Shown here one piece after another: positions 16,696 to 27,036 of a stretch of 64,000 nt of DNA (the stretch's first letter is position 1; each line of letters begins with the position of its first letter). Made by a program: the position numbers and the translations under genes. Source of the DNA: an uncultured virus (IMG/VR IMGVR_UViG_3300030451_004121) (lineage: Duplodnaviria > Heunggongvirae > Uroviricota > Caudoviricetes > Crassvirales); the IMG/VR virus record IMGVR_UViG_3300030451_004121, positions 1-64,000 of that record. One strand, given 5' to 3'. A model generated the notes under the pieces. That model did not search any database and was not told the origin of the DNA. It saw nothing but the letters and a program-made list of their open reading frames with translations.

Positions 16696-17501
16696 TGTTG
16701 GGATTAGGAGTTAGTTTAGTTTACGGTGGATCTATAGACACAGAGATAAATCACTCTCTGTCTTTTGATGGCACAAACGACTTTGTAGATTTTACATCAG
16801 CTGGGTTTCAATCTAAGTTAGCAGATGATGATGCTAATTTTAAAACATCCGGAAGTGTATCTATATGGGTCAGACTTAACACTATAAGTGTTAATAGCCA
16901 ACTATGGGACTTTGCTTTAGACACAAATAACCGTATACAATTACAATACAAGCACAGTGGTAATGAGTACAACTTCACATTTAAAGGTGGTGGTACTGGT
17001 AAAACAGCTGTGGAAAGACCTACTTCATCTCACGAGAACGACGGCAACTTTCATCATATAGTTTGCACTTGGGATAAAGGTGATGATAATGAAATGAAAA
17101 TATATGTTGATGGATCTTTAGGTGCTACCACAGCTTTAGCATCAGTAGCGTTGTCTGGAGATTTTGATGATACTGCTGATAGTACCGTTGGTCCTGATGG
17201 AGCTGGTGGTGTAGAAATATTATCAGGAACTTCATTTAACGGTAGCGCTGATTTAAACGCGTATTTAGATGACTTCGTTTTATATAGCGACGTGTTATCA
17301 CCATCGGAAGTAGAAACTCTATATAACGGTGGAACATCAGACCCAAGTTTGTACTCAAGCTTAGATAACAATATTGCACACTGGAAATTTAACGAAGGTA
17401 CTGGTAACTCAGTAACAGATTCAGTTGGTGGTTTTGTAGGTGAGTTAGGAACTGGAGGTAATGCACCTACGTTTAGCACTAACAACGCTGCTGGCGAATA
17501 A
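16695..17501 (+). CDS. LamG/concanavalin A-like domain protein (receptor-binding or decoration)
   Basis: SLSFDGTNDFV, SVSIWV, FHHIVCTW, KIYVDG, LDDFVLY, HWKFNEGTG. Confidence 0.85.
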   Translation: MLGLGVSLVYGGSIDTEINHSLSFDGTNDFVDFTSAGFQSKLADDDANFKTSGSVSIWVRLNTISVNSQLWDFALDTNNRIQLQYKHSGNEYNFTFKGGGTGKTAVERPTSSHENDGNFHHIVCTWDKGDDNEMKIYVDGSLGATTALASVALSGDFDDTADSTVGPDGAGGVEILSGTSFNGSADLNAYLDDFVLYSDVLSPSEVETLYNGGTSDPSLYSSLDNNIAHWKFNEGTGNSVTDSVGGFVGELGTGGNAPTFSTNNAAGE

Positions 17502-17527
17502 ATAACAATTAATTAAAATTAAATAAA

Positions 17528-17794
17528 ATGGCAAAAAGAAAAACACCAAAGGCTGCTAAGCCTGCAAAAATTAGTAATGAGCATTTAAACGAAATGCAAA
17601 AGATTATAAACAATTTAAATAGAGCTCAAATGGAGATAGGTAGCTTAGAAACTAGAAAACACGCTATACTTGACCATGTAGTTAGTTTTCAAGGAGAGCT
17701 AGCTAAAATGCAAGAGAATCTTAAAAAAGAGTACGGTACAGATAATATAAATATACACACCGGAGAAATAAGCCACGATGAGCAAGCTAATTAG
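17528..17794 (+). CDS. Coiled-coil hypothetical protein
   Basis: Heptads; LKKEYG..NINIHTGEI terminus. Confidence 0.75.
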   Translation: MAKRKTPKAAKPAKISNEHLNEMQKIINNLNRAQMEIGSLETRKHAILDHVVSFQGELAKMQENLKKEYGTDNINIHTGEISHDEQAN

Positions 17795-17999
17795 AAAAAT
17801 TACAGTAGGTAAAGACTACAAGGAAAACGCTATGCACTACGCTGTTGGTCAAGACGTGTACGGTGGGCATACAATATCAGATATTATAGAAGAAAAAGAT
17901 AAATACTCTATATATATTAAAAAGAATAAAGATGTTTTACCTTGGAAGGACTTTAACAAAAACATGGCTATATCTGTAGAGTATAACTTAGAATACTAA
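17778..17999 (+). CDS. Conserved phage hypothetical protein
   Basis: ORF track; overlaps both neighbours. Confidence 0.8.
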   Translation: MSKLIRKITVGKDYKENAMHYAVGQDVYGGHTISDIIEEKDKYSIYIKKNKDVLPWKDFNKNMAISVEYNLEY

Positions 18000-18613
18000 T
18001 GAAAGCGCCTTTTGACTTTGTTATAGAGCCAAAGGGAAATAGATATAACAATACTAAAAAAGTTGGAGATAAAGATCTTATAGTTAATACCGAGGTTTAT
18101 AATCATCAATTTGTAAATAGAGAGGCTATTGTTAAATCTGTGCCTACGGCTTTTAAAACAGAAATAAAACCAGGGGATACTATTATAACACATCACAACG
18201 TTTTTAGACGTTGGTTAGACGTACAAGGTAATGAAAAAAATAGTAGAAGTTATTTTAATGAAGATACTTATTTGGTAAAAGAAGATCAAATTTTTTTATA
18301 CAAAAGATCACAACCTTGGAGTAGATTTAAAGAAGGTGAGTGGATAGCTACAAATGGGTATTGCTTTGTGCAACCAATAAAACAAAGAGACAAACTAAAA
18401 CCAGGGGAAGAAGAAGAGTGTGTAGGTATAATTAAATATACGGACGGCGTGTATAGCAAAAACGAACTAGTAGGTTTTACACCGTTTTCAACTTATGAGT
18501 TTGTTATAGATGGCCAACGTCTATATAGAGTTATGAATAAATTTATTACAATTAAATATGAATATCAAGGAGACGAAGAAGCTTATAATCCAAGCTGGGC
18601 ACAGAGCAGTTGA
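17999..18613 (+). CDS. Hypothetical protein, possibly tandem GroES-like fold
   Basis: FVIEP...IVKSVP...IKPGDTI and CFVQP...GIIKY...LVGF resemble two GroES-type repeats. Confidence 0.45.
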   Translation: MKAPFDFVIEPKGNRYNNTKKVGDKDLIVNTEVYNHQFVNREAIVKSVPTAFKTEIKPGDTIITHHNVFRRWLDVQGNEKNSRSYFNEDTYLVKEDQIFLYKRSQPWSRFKEGEWIATNGYCFVQPIKQRDKLKPGEEEECVGIIKYTDGVYSKNELVGFTPFSTYEFVIDGQRLYRVMNKFITIKYEYQGDEEAYNPSWAQSS

Positions 18614-18792
18614 ANNNNNNNNNNAGCGCTGATAGATTAAAAAATGCCGCAGCTACTAAAAAACTAGCAATATTTGACGCATTTGAAATACTTAACAGAA
18701 TACAAGAAGAAGAGAACCTGCTTGAGGGCAAAACACCTAAAGAGGCAGAGAAAAAAGTCTTTAAAGGATTCGCAGAAGGTAGATCTAAGTAA
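18558..18792 (+). CDS. Putative terminase small subunit (interrupted by N gap 18615-18624)
   Basis: MNIKETKKLIIQAGHRAVE-[gap]-SADRLKNAAATKKLAIFDAF...; immediately upstream of TerL. Confidence 0.55.
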
Positions 18793-21008
18793 TGTACAAG
18801 CAAAGTTTAGTTAAGGTTGTAGAGCCTGTAAAGAGAACAACAATCACACGTTTGAATCGTGGTAAAAAATGGAAATATGGATACAATAAAGAACATGATA
18901 TTGTCGTTATATCAAAAACTGGTAAAATTGGTGAAATACTTGAAATCCAAAACTTGCGCATTGCTTTACCACCTGTGCCCGTGCAAGTACATGGACTGCA
19001 AGAAAACAAGTGGAAAAAAATAGATTATCCTCAAGAACTACAAAGAATTAAAAACATATTCGACTGGAGAGCTTACCCTGAAGAAAGTAAAGATCAATGG
19101 TTCGATTATATAGACGAGGAGTTTAAAAGAAGAGAAGAAGGTTTTTGGTTTATGAATAATGGTAAACCAACCTGGATAACAGGTGCACACTATATGTATT
19201 TACAATGGAGTAAGATTGATGTAGGCGCGCCTGACTTTAGGGAAGCAAATAGATTATTCTATATATTCTGGGAAGCTTGTAAGGCAGACAAAAGATGTTA
19301 CGGAATGTGTTACTTAAAAAACAGACGTAGTGGATTTTCTTTTATGTCAAGCGCAGAAACAGTTAATTTAGCTACAATATCGAGTGATAGTAGATATGGT
19401 ATACTATCAAAATCAGGTGCAGATGCTAAGAAAATGTTTACAGATAAAGTTGTTCCTATATCGATTAACTATCCTTTCTTTTTCAAACCGATACAAGACG
19501 GTATGGATAGACCTAAATCTGAATTAGCGTATAGAGTACCGGCTAGTAAGTTTACAAGAAAAAAGATCACAGCAAACGAGCAGCTTGAAGATATTAAAGG
19601 ATTAGACACAACTATAGACTGGAAAAACACAGGTGATAATAGTTATGATGGGGAGAAGCTAGCATTATTAGTACATGACGAAAGTGGAAAGTGGGAAAGA
19701 CCTGATAATATATTAAACAATTGGAGAGTTACAAAAACATGTTTAAGACTAGGTGCTAAAATAGTTGGTAAATGTATGATGGGTTCAACTAGTAATGCAT
19801 TAGATAAAGGTGGTGATAACTTTAAAAAACTTTACAATGATTCTGACGTTACCAAGCGAAACAGAAATGGACAGACAAAGTCTGGTTTATATTCTCTTTT
19901 TATTCCAATGGAATGGAATTATGAAGGATTCATTGATGAGCACGGAAGTCCAGTATTTAATAACCCAGACGATGATGTACTCGGACCAGATGGTGAATTA
20001 ATAGATATAGGCATAATAGAGCATTGGGAAAACGAAGCAGAGGGTTTAAAAGGAGATCCAGATGCTTTAAATGAGTTTTACAGACAGTTTCCAAGAACTG
20101 AAGAACACGCGTTTAGAGACGAGACGAAGAATAGTATTTTTAATCTTGTTAAAATATACGAGCAGGTAGATTACAACGAAGGTATTGGTGCGCAAGGAAA
20201 TATTAATAAAGGTAATTTCCAATGGGTAAACGGTATAAAAGATACTCAAGTAATATTTTATCCAGATCCAAAAGGTAGGTTTAAAGTTAGTTGGTTCCCA
20301 CCTCAGCACATGCAAAACAAAATTGTAATGAAAAACGGTATAAAGTATCCGGCAAATGAACACATGGGTGCTTTTGGGTGTGATAGTTACGATATATCAG
20401 GAACGGTTGACGGTAAGGGTTCTAACGGAGCTTTACACGGATTAACAAAGTTTTCAATGGAAGATTGTCCTCCTAATCATATGTTTTTAGAATATATATC
20501 AAGACCACCAACCGCTGAAATATTTTTTGAAGATGTTTTAATGGCATTAGTGTTTTACGGTATGCCGTTACTTTGTGAGAACAACAAACCAAGACTGCTG
20601 TACCATTTAAGAAGAAGAGGTTATAGAGGATACTCAATGAACAGGCCGGACAAGTTGTGGAATAAATTATCAGTAACAGAAAAAGAAATAGGTGGTATAC
20701 CTAACTCAAGTGAAGATATAAAACAAGCCCACGCAGCCGCTATTGAAATGTATATACAAAATCATGTTGGTCACTTAGGCGATGGTAACTATGGTAATAT
20801 ATACTTTAATGAAACATTGAACGATTGGGCAAGATTTGATATAACAAAAAGAACAAAATTTGACGCGACTATAAGTTCTGGATTAGCCATAATGGCTTGT
20901 AATAGACATTTGTATAGACCGAACGCAAAAATTGAAAAACCAAAATTAAATATAAGTATCGCCAAATATTCTAATAAAGGTAGTACTTCAAAGATAATAA
21001 AGAATTAA
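18792..21008 (+). CDS. terL: Terminase large subunit
   Basis: LKNRRSGFS Walker A variant, LLVHDESGK Walker B, GSTSN, nuclease FGCDSYD and TKFDATIS. Confidence 0.93.
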   Translation: MYKQSLVKVVEPVKRTTITRLNRGKKWKYGYNKEHDIVVISKTGKIGEILEIQNLRIALPPVPVQVHGLQENKWKKIDYPQELQRIKNIFDWRAYPEESKDQWFDYIDEEFKRREEGFWFMNNGKPTWITGAHYMYLQWSKIDVGAPDFREANRLFYIFWEACKADKRCYGMCYLKNRRSGFSFMSSAETVNLATISSDSRYGILSKSGADAKKMFTDKVVPISINYPFFFKPIQDGMDRPKSELAYRVPASKFTRKKITANEQLEDIKGLDTTIDWKNTGDNSYDGEKLALLVHDESGKWERPDNILNNWRVTKTCLRLGAKIVGKCMMGSTSNALDKGGDNFKKLYNDSDVTKRNRNGQTKSGLYSLFIPMEWNYEGFIDEHGSPVFNNPDDDVLGPDGELIDIGIIEHWENEAEGLKGDPDALNEFYRQFPRTEEHAFRDETKNSIFNLVKIYEQVDYNEGIGAQGNINKGNFQWVNGIKDTQVIFYPDPKGRFKVSWFPPQHMQNKIVMKNGIKYPANEHMGAFGCDSYDISGTVDGKGSNGALHGLTKFSMEDCPPNHMFLEYISRPPTAEIFFEDVLMALVFYGMPLLCENNKPRLLYHLRRRGYRGYSMNRPDKLWNKLSVTEKEIGGIPNSSEDIKQAHAAAIEMYIQNHVGHLGDGNYGNIYFNETLNDWARFDITKRTKFDATISSGLAIMACNRHLYRPNAKIEKPKLNISIAKYSNKGSTSKIIKN

Positions 21009-21009
21009 T

Positions 21010-23376
21010 ATGAGACAATTTCCAAGTCAGGTAGTTAGCGATGCAGAAAAAATAAGCTATGAGTATGGACTCAAAGTAGCTCAAGCTATAGAGGGAGAAT
21101 GGTTTGATAAAGATAATTATTCTAATAGGTATATTCATAATAGAAACAATTTTCATAATTTAAGATTGTATGCTAGAGGAGAGCAAGGTATACAGAAATA
21201 TAAAGATGAATTATCTATAAACGGTGACTTAAGCTACTTAAACTTGGATTGGAAACCTGTTCCTATCATATCTAAGTTTGTAGATATTGTAGTTAATGGT
21301 ATTGCAGAAAGATTTTTTGATATAAAATGCTACTCGCAAGATCCGTTCGGAGTTAGTAAAAGAACTAAGTATATGGACGATCTTATGGAGGACATGAGAA
21401 GTAAGGAGCTAAAAGAATATGTTAAAGAAACTTTTGGCATGGATCTTTTTTACGGTGATCCTGAGTTACTACCTGATTCACAAGAAGAGCTTGATTTACA
21501 CATGCAGTTAAATTATAAACAAGCAGTAGAACTAGCAGAAGAGCAAGCGCTAAGAACTTTGTTAGAAGGAAATAGATACGATCTTATAAAGAAAAGATTT
21601 TATTACGATTTAACTGTTTTAGGTATAGGTGCTGTTAAAACATCTTTTAACACTTCAGAGGGTGTTACAATAAACTATGTTGATCCAGCTAATTTAGTTT
21701 ATTCTTATACAGAGTCTCCTTATTTTGAAGACATATATTATGTAGGTGAAGTTAAAACAATACCTGTAAACGAGCTTATTAAAGAGTTTCCGCATTTAAC
21801 ACAAGAAGATTTAAAAGAAATAACAGACTATAATAATCAGAACTCTGGTAAATACGAGGTTAACCGTGCGAGAGAAGGTGATAATGATAGAAATAAAGTT
21901 AGAGTACTTTATTTTAATTACAAAACTTATATGTCTGAAGTTTACAAGGTTAAACAGACTGCTACTGGTGCTGATAAAGCAATAGAAAAAGATGATAGCT
22001 TTAATCCAGAAGAATCTCAAAACTTTAGTAGAGAAGCAAGAAAAATAGAGTGTTTGTACGATGGTGCTTTAGTTTTAGGTACTAAAAAGTTACTTAGATG
22101 GGAAATGGCTAAAAACATGATGAGGCCAAAAAGTGATTACACTAAAGTTAAAATGAACTACGCTATATGTGCGCCTAGAATGTATGAAGGACGTATAGAG
22201 TCATTAGTAAGTAGAATAACTGGTTTTGCTGATATGATACAGTTAACCCATTTAAAACTACAACAAGTAATGTCACGTATGGTACCAGACGGTGTTTATC
22301 TTGACGCTGATGGTTTAGCTGAAATAGATTTAGGTAATGGCACGAGCTATAATCCTCAAGAAGCCTTAAATATGTTCTTCCAAACGGGTAGTGTTATAGG
22401 TAGAAGTTATACTTCTGAAGGTGATATGAACGCTGGAAAAATACCAATACAAGAAATAACGTCTAGTGGAGGAGGTAATAAATTACAGTCTCTTATAGGT
22501 AATTATAACTATTACTTACAAATGATTAGAGACGTGACTGGTCTTAACGAAGCTAGAGATGGTAGTACACCTGATGAAAGATCTTTGGTTGGCGTTCAAA
22601 AAATGGCTGCTGCAAATTCAAACACAGCAACTAGACATATATTAAAAGGAGGGTTATTTTTAACACAAGAAGTTTGTGAGTGTTTATCACTTAGAATATC
22701 TGATATTATAGAATACTCGCCAACAAGAGATGCGTTCATGCAGCAAATTGGTGGGCACAACGTTGCTACATTAGCTGAAATATCACAAATACATTTATAT
22801 GATTTTGGTATATTTTTAGAGTTACAACCAGATGAAGAAGAAAGAGCTATTCTTGAAAGTAACATACAAGTAGCTTTAGGTCAACAAACAATAGACTTAG
22901 AAGATGTTATAGATCTTAGAGAAATTAAAAATATAAAGTTAGCCAACCAACTTCTTAAGATTAGAAGAAAGAAAAAGCTTTCAAGAGACCAAAGCATACA
23001 ACAAGAAAATATGCAGGCTCAAGCTGACGCAAATATTAAACAACAAGAAGCATCTGCTCAATTTGAACAACAAAAACAACAAACTGTTGCTAACACAGCT
23101 ATATCTATTGAATCAGCTAAAGCTGAGTTTGAAACACAAAAGATGTTAGCTGAAGCAGAGATTAAAAAACAGTTAATGCAACTAGAGTTTGATTACAATA
23201 TGAAACTTAAGAGTCTTGAAAATAACCAAAGAGCAAGATTAGAAAAGCAAAAAATGAAAAGCTCTGAAAAACAAACAGAGATGCAAGTTGCGGCAAAATC
23301 AGAAAAACCTTTTGAATCTAAAGGAAACGACGTGTTAAATAAAAGTATAGACATGTCAAGATTTGGTCCTAGATAA
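21010..23376 (+). CDS. Portal protein
   Basis: 788 aa directly after TerL; helical with a Gln-rich C-terminal coiled-coil barrel. Confidence 0.85.
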   Translation: MRQFPSQVVSDAEKISYEYGLKVAQAIEGEWFDKDNYSNRYIHNRNNFHNLRLYARGEQGIQKYKDELSINGDLSYLNLDWKPVPIISKFVDIVVNGIAERFFDIKCYSQDPFGVSKRTKYMDDLMEDMRSKELKEYVKETFGMDLFYGDPELLPDSQEELDLHMQLNYKQAVELAEEQALRTLLEGNRYDLIKKRFYYDLTVLGIGAVKTSFNTSEGVTINYVDPANLVYSYTESPYFEDIYYVGEVKTIPVNELIKEFPHLTQEDLKEITDYNNQNSGKYEVNRAREGDNDRNKVRVLYFNYKTYMSEVYKVKQTATGADKAIEKDDSFNPEESQNFSREARKIECLYDGALVLGTKKLLRWEMAKNMMRPKSDYTKVKMNYAICAPRMYEGRIESLVSRITGFADMIQLTHLKLQQVMSRMVPDGVYLDADGLAEIDLGNGTSYNPQEALNMFFQTGSVIGRSYTSEGDMNAGKIPIQEITSSGGGNKLQSLIGNYNYYLQMIRDVTGLNEARDGSTPDERSLVGVQKMAAANSNTATRHILKGGLFLTQEVCECLSLRISDIIEYSPTRDAFMQQIGGHNVATLAEISQIHLYDFGIFLELQPDEEERAILESNIQVALGQQTIDLEDVIDLREIKNIKLANQLLKIRRKKKLSRDQSIQQENMQAQADANIKQQEASAQFEQQKQQTVANTAISIESAKAEFETQKMLAEAEIKKQLMQLEFDYNMKLKSLENNQRARLEKQKMKSSEKQTEMQVAAKSEKPFESKGNDVLNKSIDMSRFGPR

Positions 23377-23405
23377 AAAATTATTAATTATTATTATATT
23401 ATATT

Positions 23406-24578
23406 ATGGCAGAAAACAAAGAAGAGCCTAAAGTAGATAACGAAGTAGGCTCGTTAAAAGTAAAAGAAAAAAAAGAAACACAACCTACTGGTAACGAAAC
23501 AAAAGGTAATGTTACCAAGGTTAAAGAAAAAATGAAAGAACCTTCAGAGGTTGTAGAACAAACTATTACTAAGGTTGATTTAAGCCAACCTCCTACTGAA
23601 GAAAAAATAGAAAAAGTTGAAGAACCACCTGTCGAAGAACCTGCGGTTGTAGAAACTCCAGCGTTAGAAGAAGTAACAAACGAACAGAAAGTTGAAGAGC
23701 TACAAACAGAAGTTGCAGACGTTATTGTTGAAGCAGAAGAATTAGGCGTAGAAATTCCAGAAAACATTCAAAAGTTAATGAACTTTATGGATGAAACCGG
23801 TGGTGATCTAAATGATTATGTAGCTCTTAATAGAGATTACTCAGAACTAGATAATCATACTTTATTAAAAGAATATTACAAGTCCACTAAACCACACTTG
23901 TCAGAAGAAGAAGTTGATTTCGTTATGGAAGATACATTTGCTTATGATGAAGAAATGGACGAAGAGAAAGAAGTAAAAAGAAAAAAATTAGCCATGAAGG
24001 AGCAGGTTGCTTCAGCAAGGCAACACTTGGAAAGTGTAAAATCCAAATATTATGAAGATATTAAAAGCGGAAGCAAACTCACTGAAGAGCAGCAAAAAGC
24101 TATTAATTTTTTCAACAGGTACAACAAGGAATCAGAACAAAGTCGTAAAATAGGCGAAAAACAATCTGAAGTCTTTAGAAGTAAATCTGATCAAGTTTTC
24201 AATGAAAATTTCAAAGGTTTTGAATATAACGTTGGAGATAAAAAATTTAGAGTTAATATTAAAGACACACAGAAAGTTAGAGAAACACAAGGCGATATTA
24301 ATAACTTTATCAAGCAGTTTTTAACTGAAGATAATATGATAGATGATGCCGCGGGTTATCACAAAGGTTTATATACGGCCATGAACCCAGACCAAATTGC
24401 TAATCATTTTTATGAGCAAGGCAAAGCTGACGCTTTAAAAGACAGTATTGCTAAATCTAAAAATGTAAATATGGATCCTAGGCAGTCTCATGTTGAGAAT
24501 ATAAACACTAGTGGTTTCAAAGCTAGAGTATTAAACGACGATGGACCTGATTTTAAGTTTAAAATTAAAAGAAAATAA
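23406..24578 (+). CDS. Capsid scaffolding protein (putative)
   Basis: Acidic low-complexity N-terminus, coiled coil, basic tail; between portal and capsid genes. Confidence 0.7.
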   Translation: MAENKEEPKVDNEVGSLKVKEKKETQPTGNETKGNVTKVKEKMKEPSEVVEQTITKVDLSQPPTEEKIEKVEEPPVEEPAVVETPALEEVTNEQKVEELQTEVADVIVEAEELGVEIPENIQKLMNFMDETGGDLNDYVALNRDYSELDNHTLLKEYYKSTKPHLSEEEVDFVMEDTFAYDEEMDEEKEVKRKKLAMKEQVASARQHLESVKSKYYEDIKSGSKLTEEQQKAINFFNRYNKESEQSRKIGEKQSEVFRSKSDQVFNENFKGFEYNVGDKKFRVNIKDTQKVRETQGDINNFIKQFLTEDNMIDDAAGYHKGLYTAMNPDQIANHFYEQGKADALKDSIAKSKNVNMDPRQSHVENINTSGFKARVLNDDGPDFKFKIKRK

Positions 24579-24602
24579 TAACTAAATTAAAAATTAAAAA
24601 AA

Positions 24603-26078
24603 ATGGCATTAACACCAGGACCTAATTTGAATAGCGTTCCAGCTGCTCAACAGCAAGCGTTATCTTCAAATTATCTAGATTTTACGTCCGGCGCAAACGA
24701 CTGGGCACAACAATACTTACCAGATCTAATGGAGAAAGAAGCTGAGGTTTTCGGACCAAGAACTATTTCAGGTTTCTTATCACAAGTTGGAGCTGAAGAG
24801 GCTATGCAAGCTGATCAAGTTGTATGGTCTGAGCAGGGTAGATTACACCTTTCTTACAAGGGTAAAATGACTAACTCTACTACATTCTTAGTTCAAGCTG
24901 ATATTGACGGAGCTGATTCTGATAACGCAGGTATTTCTAATACTCACTCTGAAATAAGACACGGTATTAGAGTTAATGATACTGTTATCTTAGCTGACGC
25001 TAACGGAGTTAGTAAGTGTCTTGTTACAGCTGTATCTACTGATACTATTACTGTAGCTACTTATGACAACTCTACTATCACTGCTTTAAACACTGATCAA
25101 ACTACTACTATATTAGTTTATGGTTCTGAGTTTGGTAAAGGTACTAATTATCATAATGCTTCTGCGGCTGATACTGATGACAGAGGTGCTAACGAACCAA
25201 GATTCAAATCATTTACTAACAAACCGATTATAATTAAAGACTACTACTCAGTTTCAGGTTCTGACACAGCTAGAATTGGTTGGGTTGAAACTACTTCTGA
25301 GTCAGGTGGATCAGGTTACTTATGGTACTTAAAAGCTGAGGCTGATACAAGAGCTAGATTTACTGATTACTTAGAAATGGCTATGTTAGAAGGTGAGCTT
25401 GGTAACGTAGCTGGTTCTGCTGACACTTTAATTAACGGCGCTGGTAACTCATTTGGTACTGAAGGTTTATTTGCTGCTATTGCTGACAGAGGTAATACTA
25501 CTTCAGGCGTAACAGGAGTTAACGCTGCTACTGACTTAGCTGAGTTTGATGCAATACTTGCTGAGTTTGACAAGCAAGGAGCTATTGAAGAAAACATGAT
25601 GTTCGTAAACAGATCTACATCTTTAGCAATGGACGACATGTTAGCTTCTATGAATTCTTATGGAGCTGGTGGTACTTCTTACGGAGTATTTAACAACTCT
25701 GAAGACATGGCGCTAAACTTAGGTTTCTCTGGATTCAGAAGAGGTTCTTACGACTTCTACAAGTCTGACTTCAGATACTTAAACGATCTAGCAACTAGAG
25801 GTGGTATTAACGACGCTAATTCTTCTGAAGCAATTAGAGGTGTTATTATTCCAGCTGGTACTTCAACTGTTTATGACCAAATGTTAGGTAAAAACCTTAA
25901 GAGACCTTTCTTACACGTTAGATATAGAGCTTCACAAACTGACAATAGAAGAATGAAAACTTGGGTTACTGGTTCTGTTGGAGCTGCTACATCTGCTTTA
26001 GATGCAATGCAAATCCACATGTTATCAGAAAGATGTTTAGTTACTCAAGGTGCTAACAACTTTATGTTAATGAAGTAA
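24603..26078 (+). CDS. Major capsid protein
   Basis: 491 aa; position after scaffold; strongly biased high-expression codons; followed by a strong terminator. Confidence 0.88.
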   Translation: MALTPGPNLNSVPAAQQQALSSNYLDFTSGANDWAQQYLPDLMEKEAEVFGPRTISGFLSQVGAEEAMQADQVVWSEQGRLHLSYKGKMTNSTTFLVQADIDGADSDNAGISNTHSEIRHGIRVNDTVILADANGVSKCLVTAVSTDTITVATYDNSTITALNTDQTTTILVYGSEFGKGTNYHNASAADTDDRGANEPRFKSFTNKPIIIKDYYSVSGSDTARIGWVETTSESGGSGYLWYLKAEADTRARFTDYLEMAMLEGELGNVAGSADTLINGAGNSFGTEGLFAAIADRGNTTSGVTGVNAATDLAEFDAILAEFDKQGAIEENMMFVNRSTSLAMDDMLASMNSYGAGGTSYGVFNNSEDMALNLGFSGFRRGSYDFYKSDFRYLNDLATRGGINDANSSEAIRGVIIPAGTSTVYDQMLGKNLKRPFLHVRYRASQTDNRRMKTWVTGSVGAATSALDAMQIHMLSERCLVTQGANNFMLMK

Positions 26079-26094
26079 ACACTTTATATTAAAA

Positions 26095-26125
26095 GACCGG
26101 GGCTTCGGCCTCGGCCTTTTATTTT
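26095..26125 (+). terminator. Intrinsic terminator after the capsid gene
   Basis: GACCGGGGC-TTCG-GCCTCGGCC followed by TTTTATTTT. Confidence 0.9.
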
Positions 26126-26149
26126 ATTAATTTTATTATATATTATATT

Positions 26150-26980
26150 ATGGCAAAAAAGAAAAAAGTAGAGGTTGAAGAACCTCAAATTGAAGAGGCA
26201 GTTGTAGAAACTGCTTCGGTTGTAGAACAACCAAGAGAAAGAAAAAAACCAGAAGATGAGTGGGAAATAAAAGATAGGGTTTACTATTTAAAAAGTGGTA
26301 AAAGACCAGTTTCTTACTCTATGAGATCATCAAATATTTATTGGTTTGATGAAACGAAAGGTTATGAAAGAGAACTTAAATATTGTGCTAATCAAAAAAC
26401 ACCTTTTGTAGATGAAATGCAAGGTGATCAAAGATTAGAGCATATAATTTTTAGAGACGGTAGTTTGTTTGTTCCTAGAGAAAAAACAGTACTACAAAAA
26501 TTATTGTCGCTATACCACCCTCATAAAGATAAATTATTTTACGAGTACAAGCCGGCTGCTTTAGCCGCAGAAGAAATAGATGTTTTAGAAATGCAGGTAG
26601 ACGCATTAACAGCTGCTAAAAATATAGATATTGATATGGCTGAAGCTATTATGCGTGTAGAGGTTGGTTCTAACGTATCAAACTTAAGTTCTAAGGAACT
26701 TAGAAGAGATTTACTAGTGTTTGCTAGAAATAATCCTAAACTGTTCTTAGAACTTGCAGATGATGAAAATGTAATGCTAAGAAACTTTGGTATTAGAGCC
26801 GTAGAGATGGGTGTATTAAGATTATCATCTGACCAAAGAAACTTCTTATGGGGAAGTAATGGTAGAAAAATAATGACAATACCATTTGACGAGCATCCAT
26901 ACACTGCTTTAGCGCATTGGTTTAAAACCGATGAAGGTATGGAAATATATGCAAATATACAAAAAAGATTAAACAACTAA
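26150..26980 (+). CDS. Conserved phage protein downstream of the capsid gene
   Basis: 276-aa ORF in the head module. Confidence 0.8.
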   Translation: MAKKKKVEVEEPQIEEAVVETASVVEQPRERKKPEDEWEIKDRVYYLKSGKRPVSYSMRSSNIYWFDETKGYERELKYCANQKTPFVDEMQGDQRLEHIIFRDGSLFVPREKTVLQKLLSLYHPHKDKLFYEYKPAALAAEEIDVLEMQVDALTAAKNIDIDMAEAIMRVEVGSNVSNLSSKELRRDLLVFARNNPKLFLELADDENVMLRNFGIRAVEMGVLRLSSDQRNFLWGSNGRKIMTIPFDEHPYTALAHWFKTDEGMEIYANIQKRLNN

Positions 26981-26986
26981 TCAAAC

Positions 26987-27023
26987 TGTAGAGCGGTCGC
27001 CCTACGGGGCGATCGTAACTACA
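26987..27023 (+). other. Stable intergenic hairpin with C(UACG)G tetraloop, no U tract
   Basis: TGTAG-AG-CGGTCGCCC-TACG-GGGCGATCG-TAA-CTACA. Confidence 0.75.
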
Positions 27024-27036
27024 ATAAAAAAATATT

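Noticed and set aside
18615..18624. Apparent frameshift/split in the putative small terminase
   Set aside because: Coincides with a 10-N scaffold gap, so it is an assembly artefact rather than recoding
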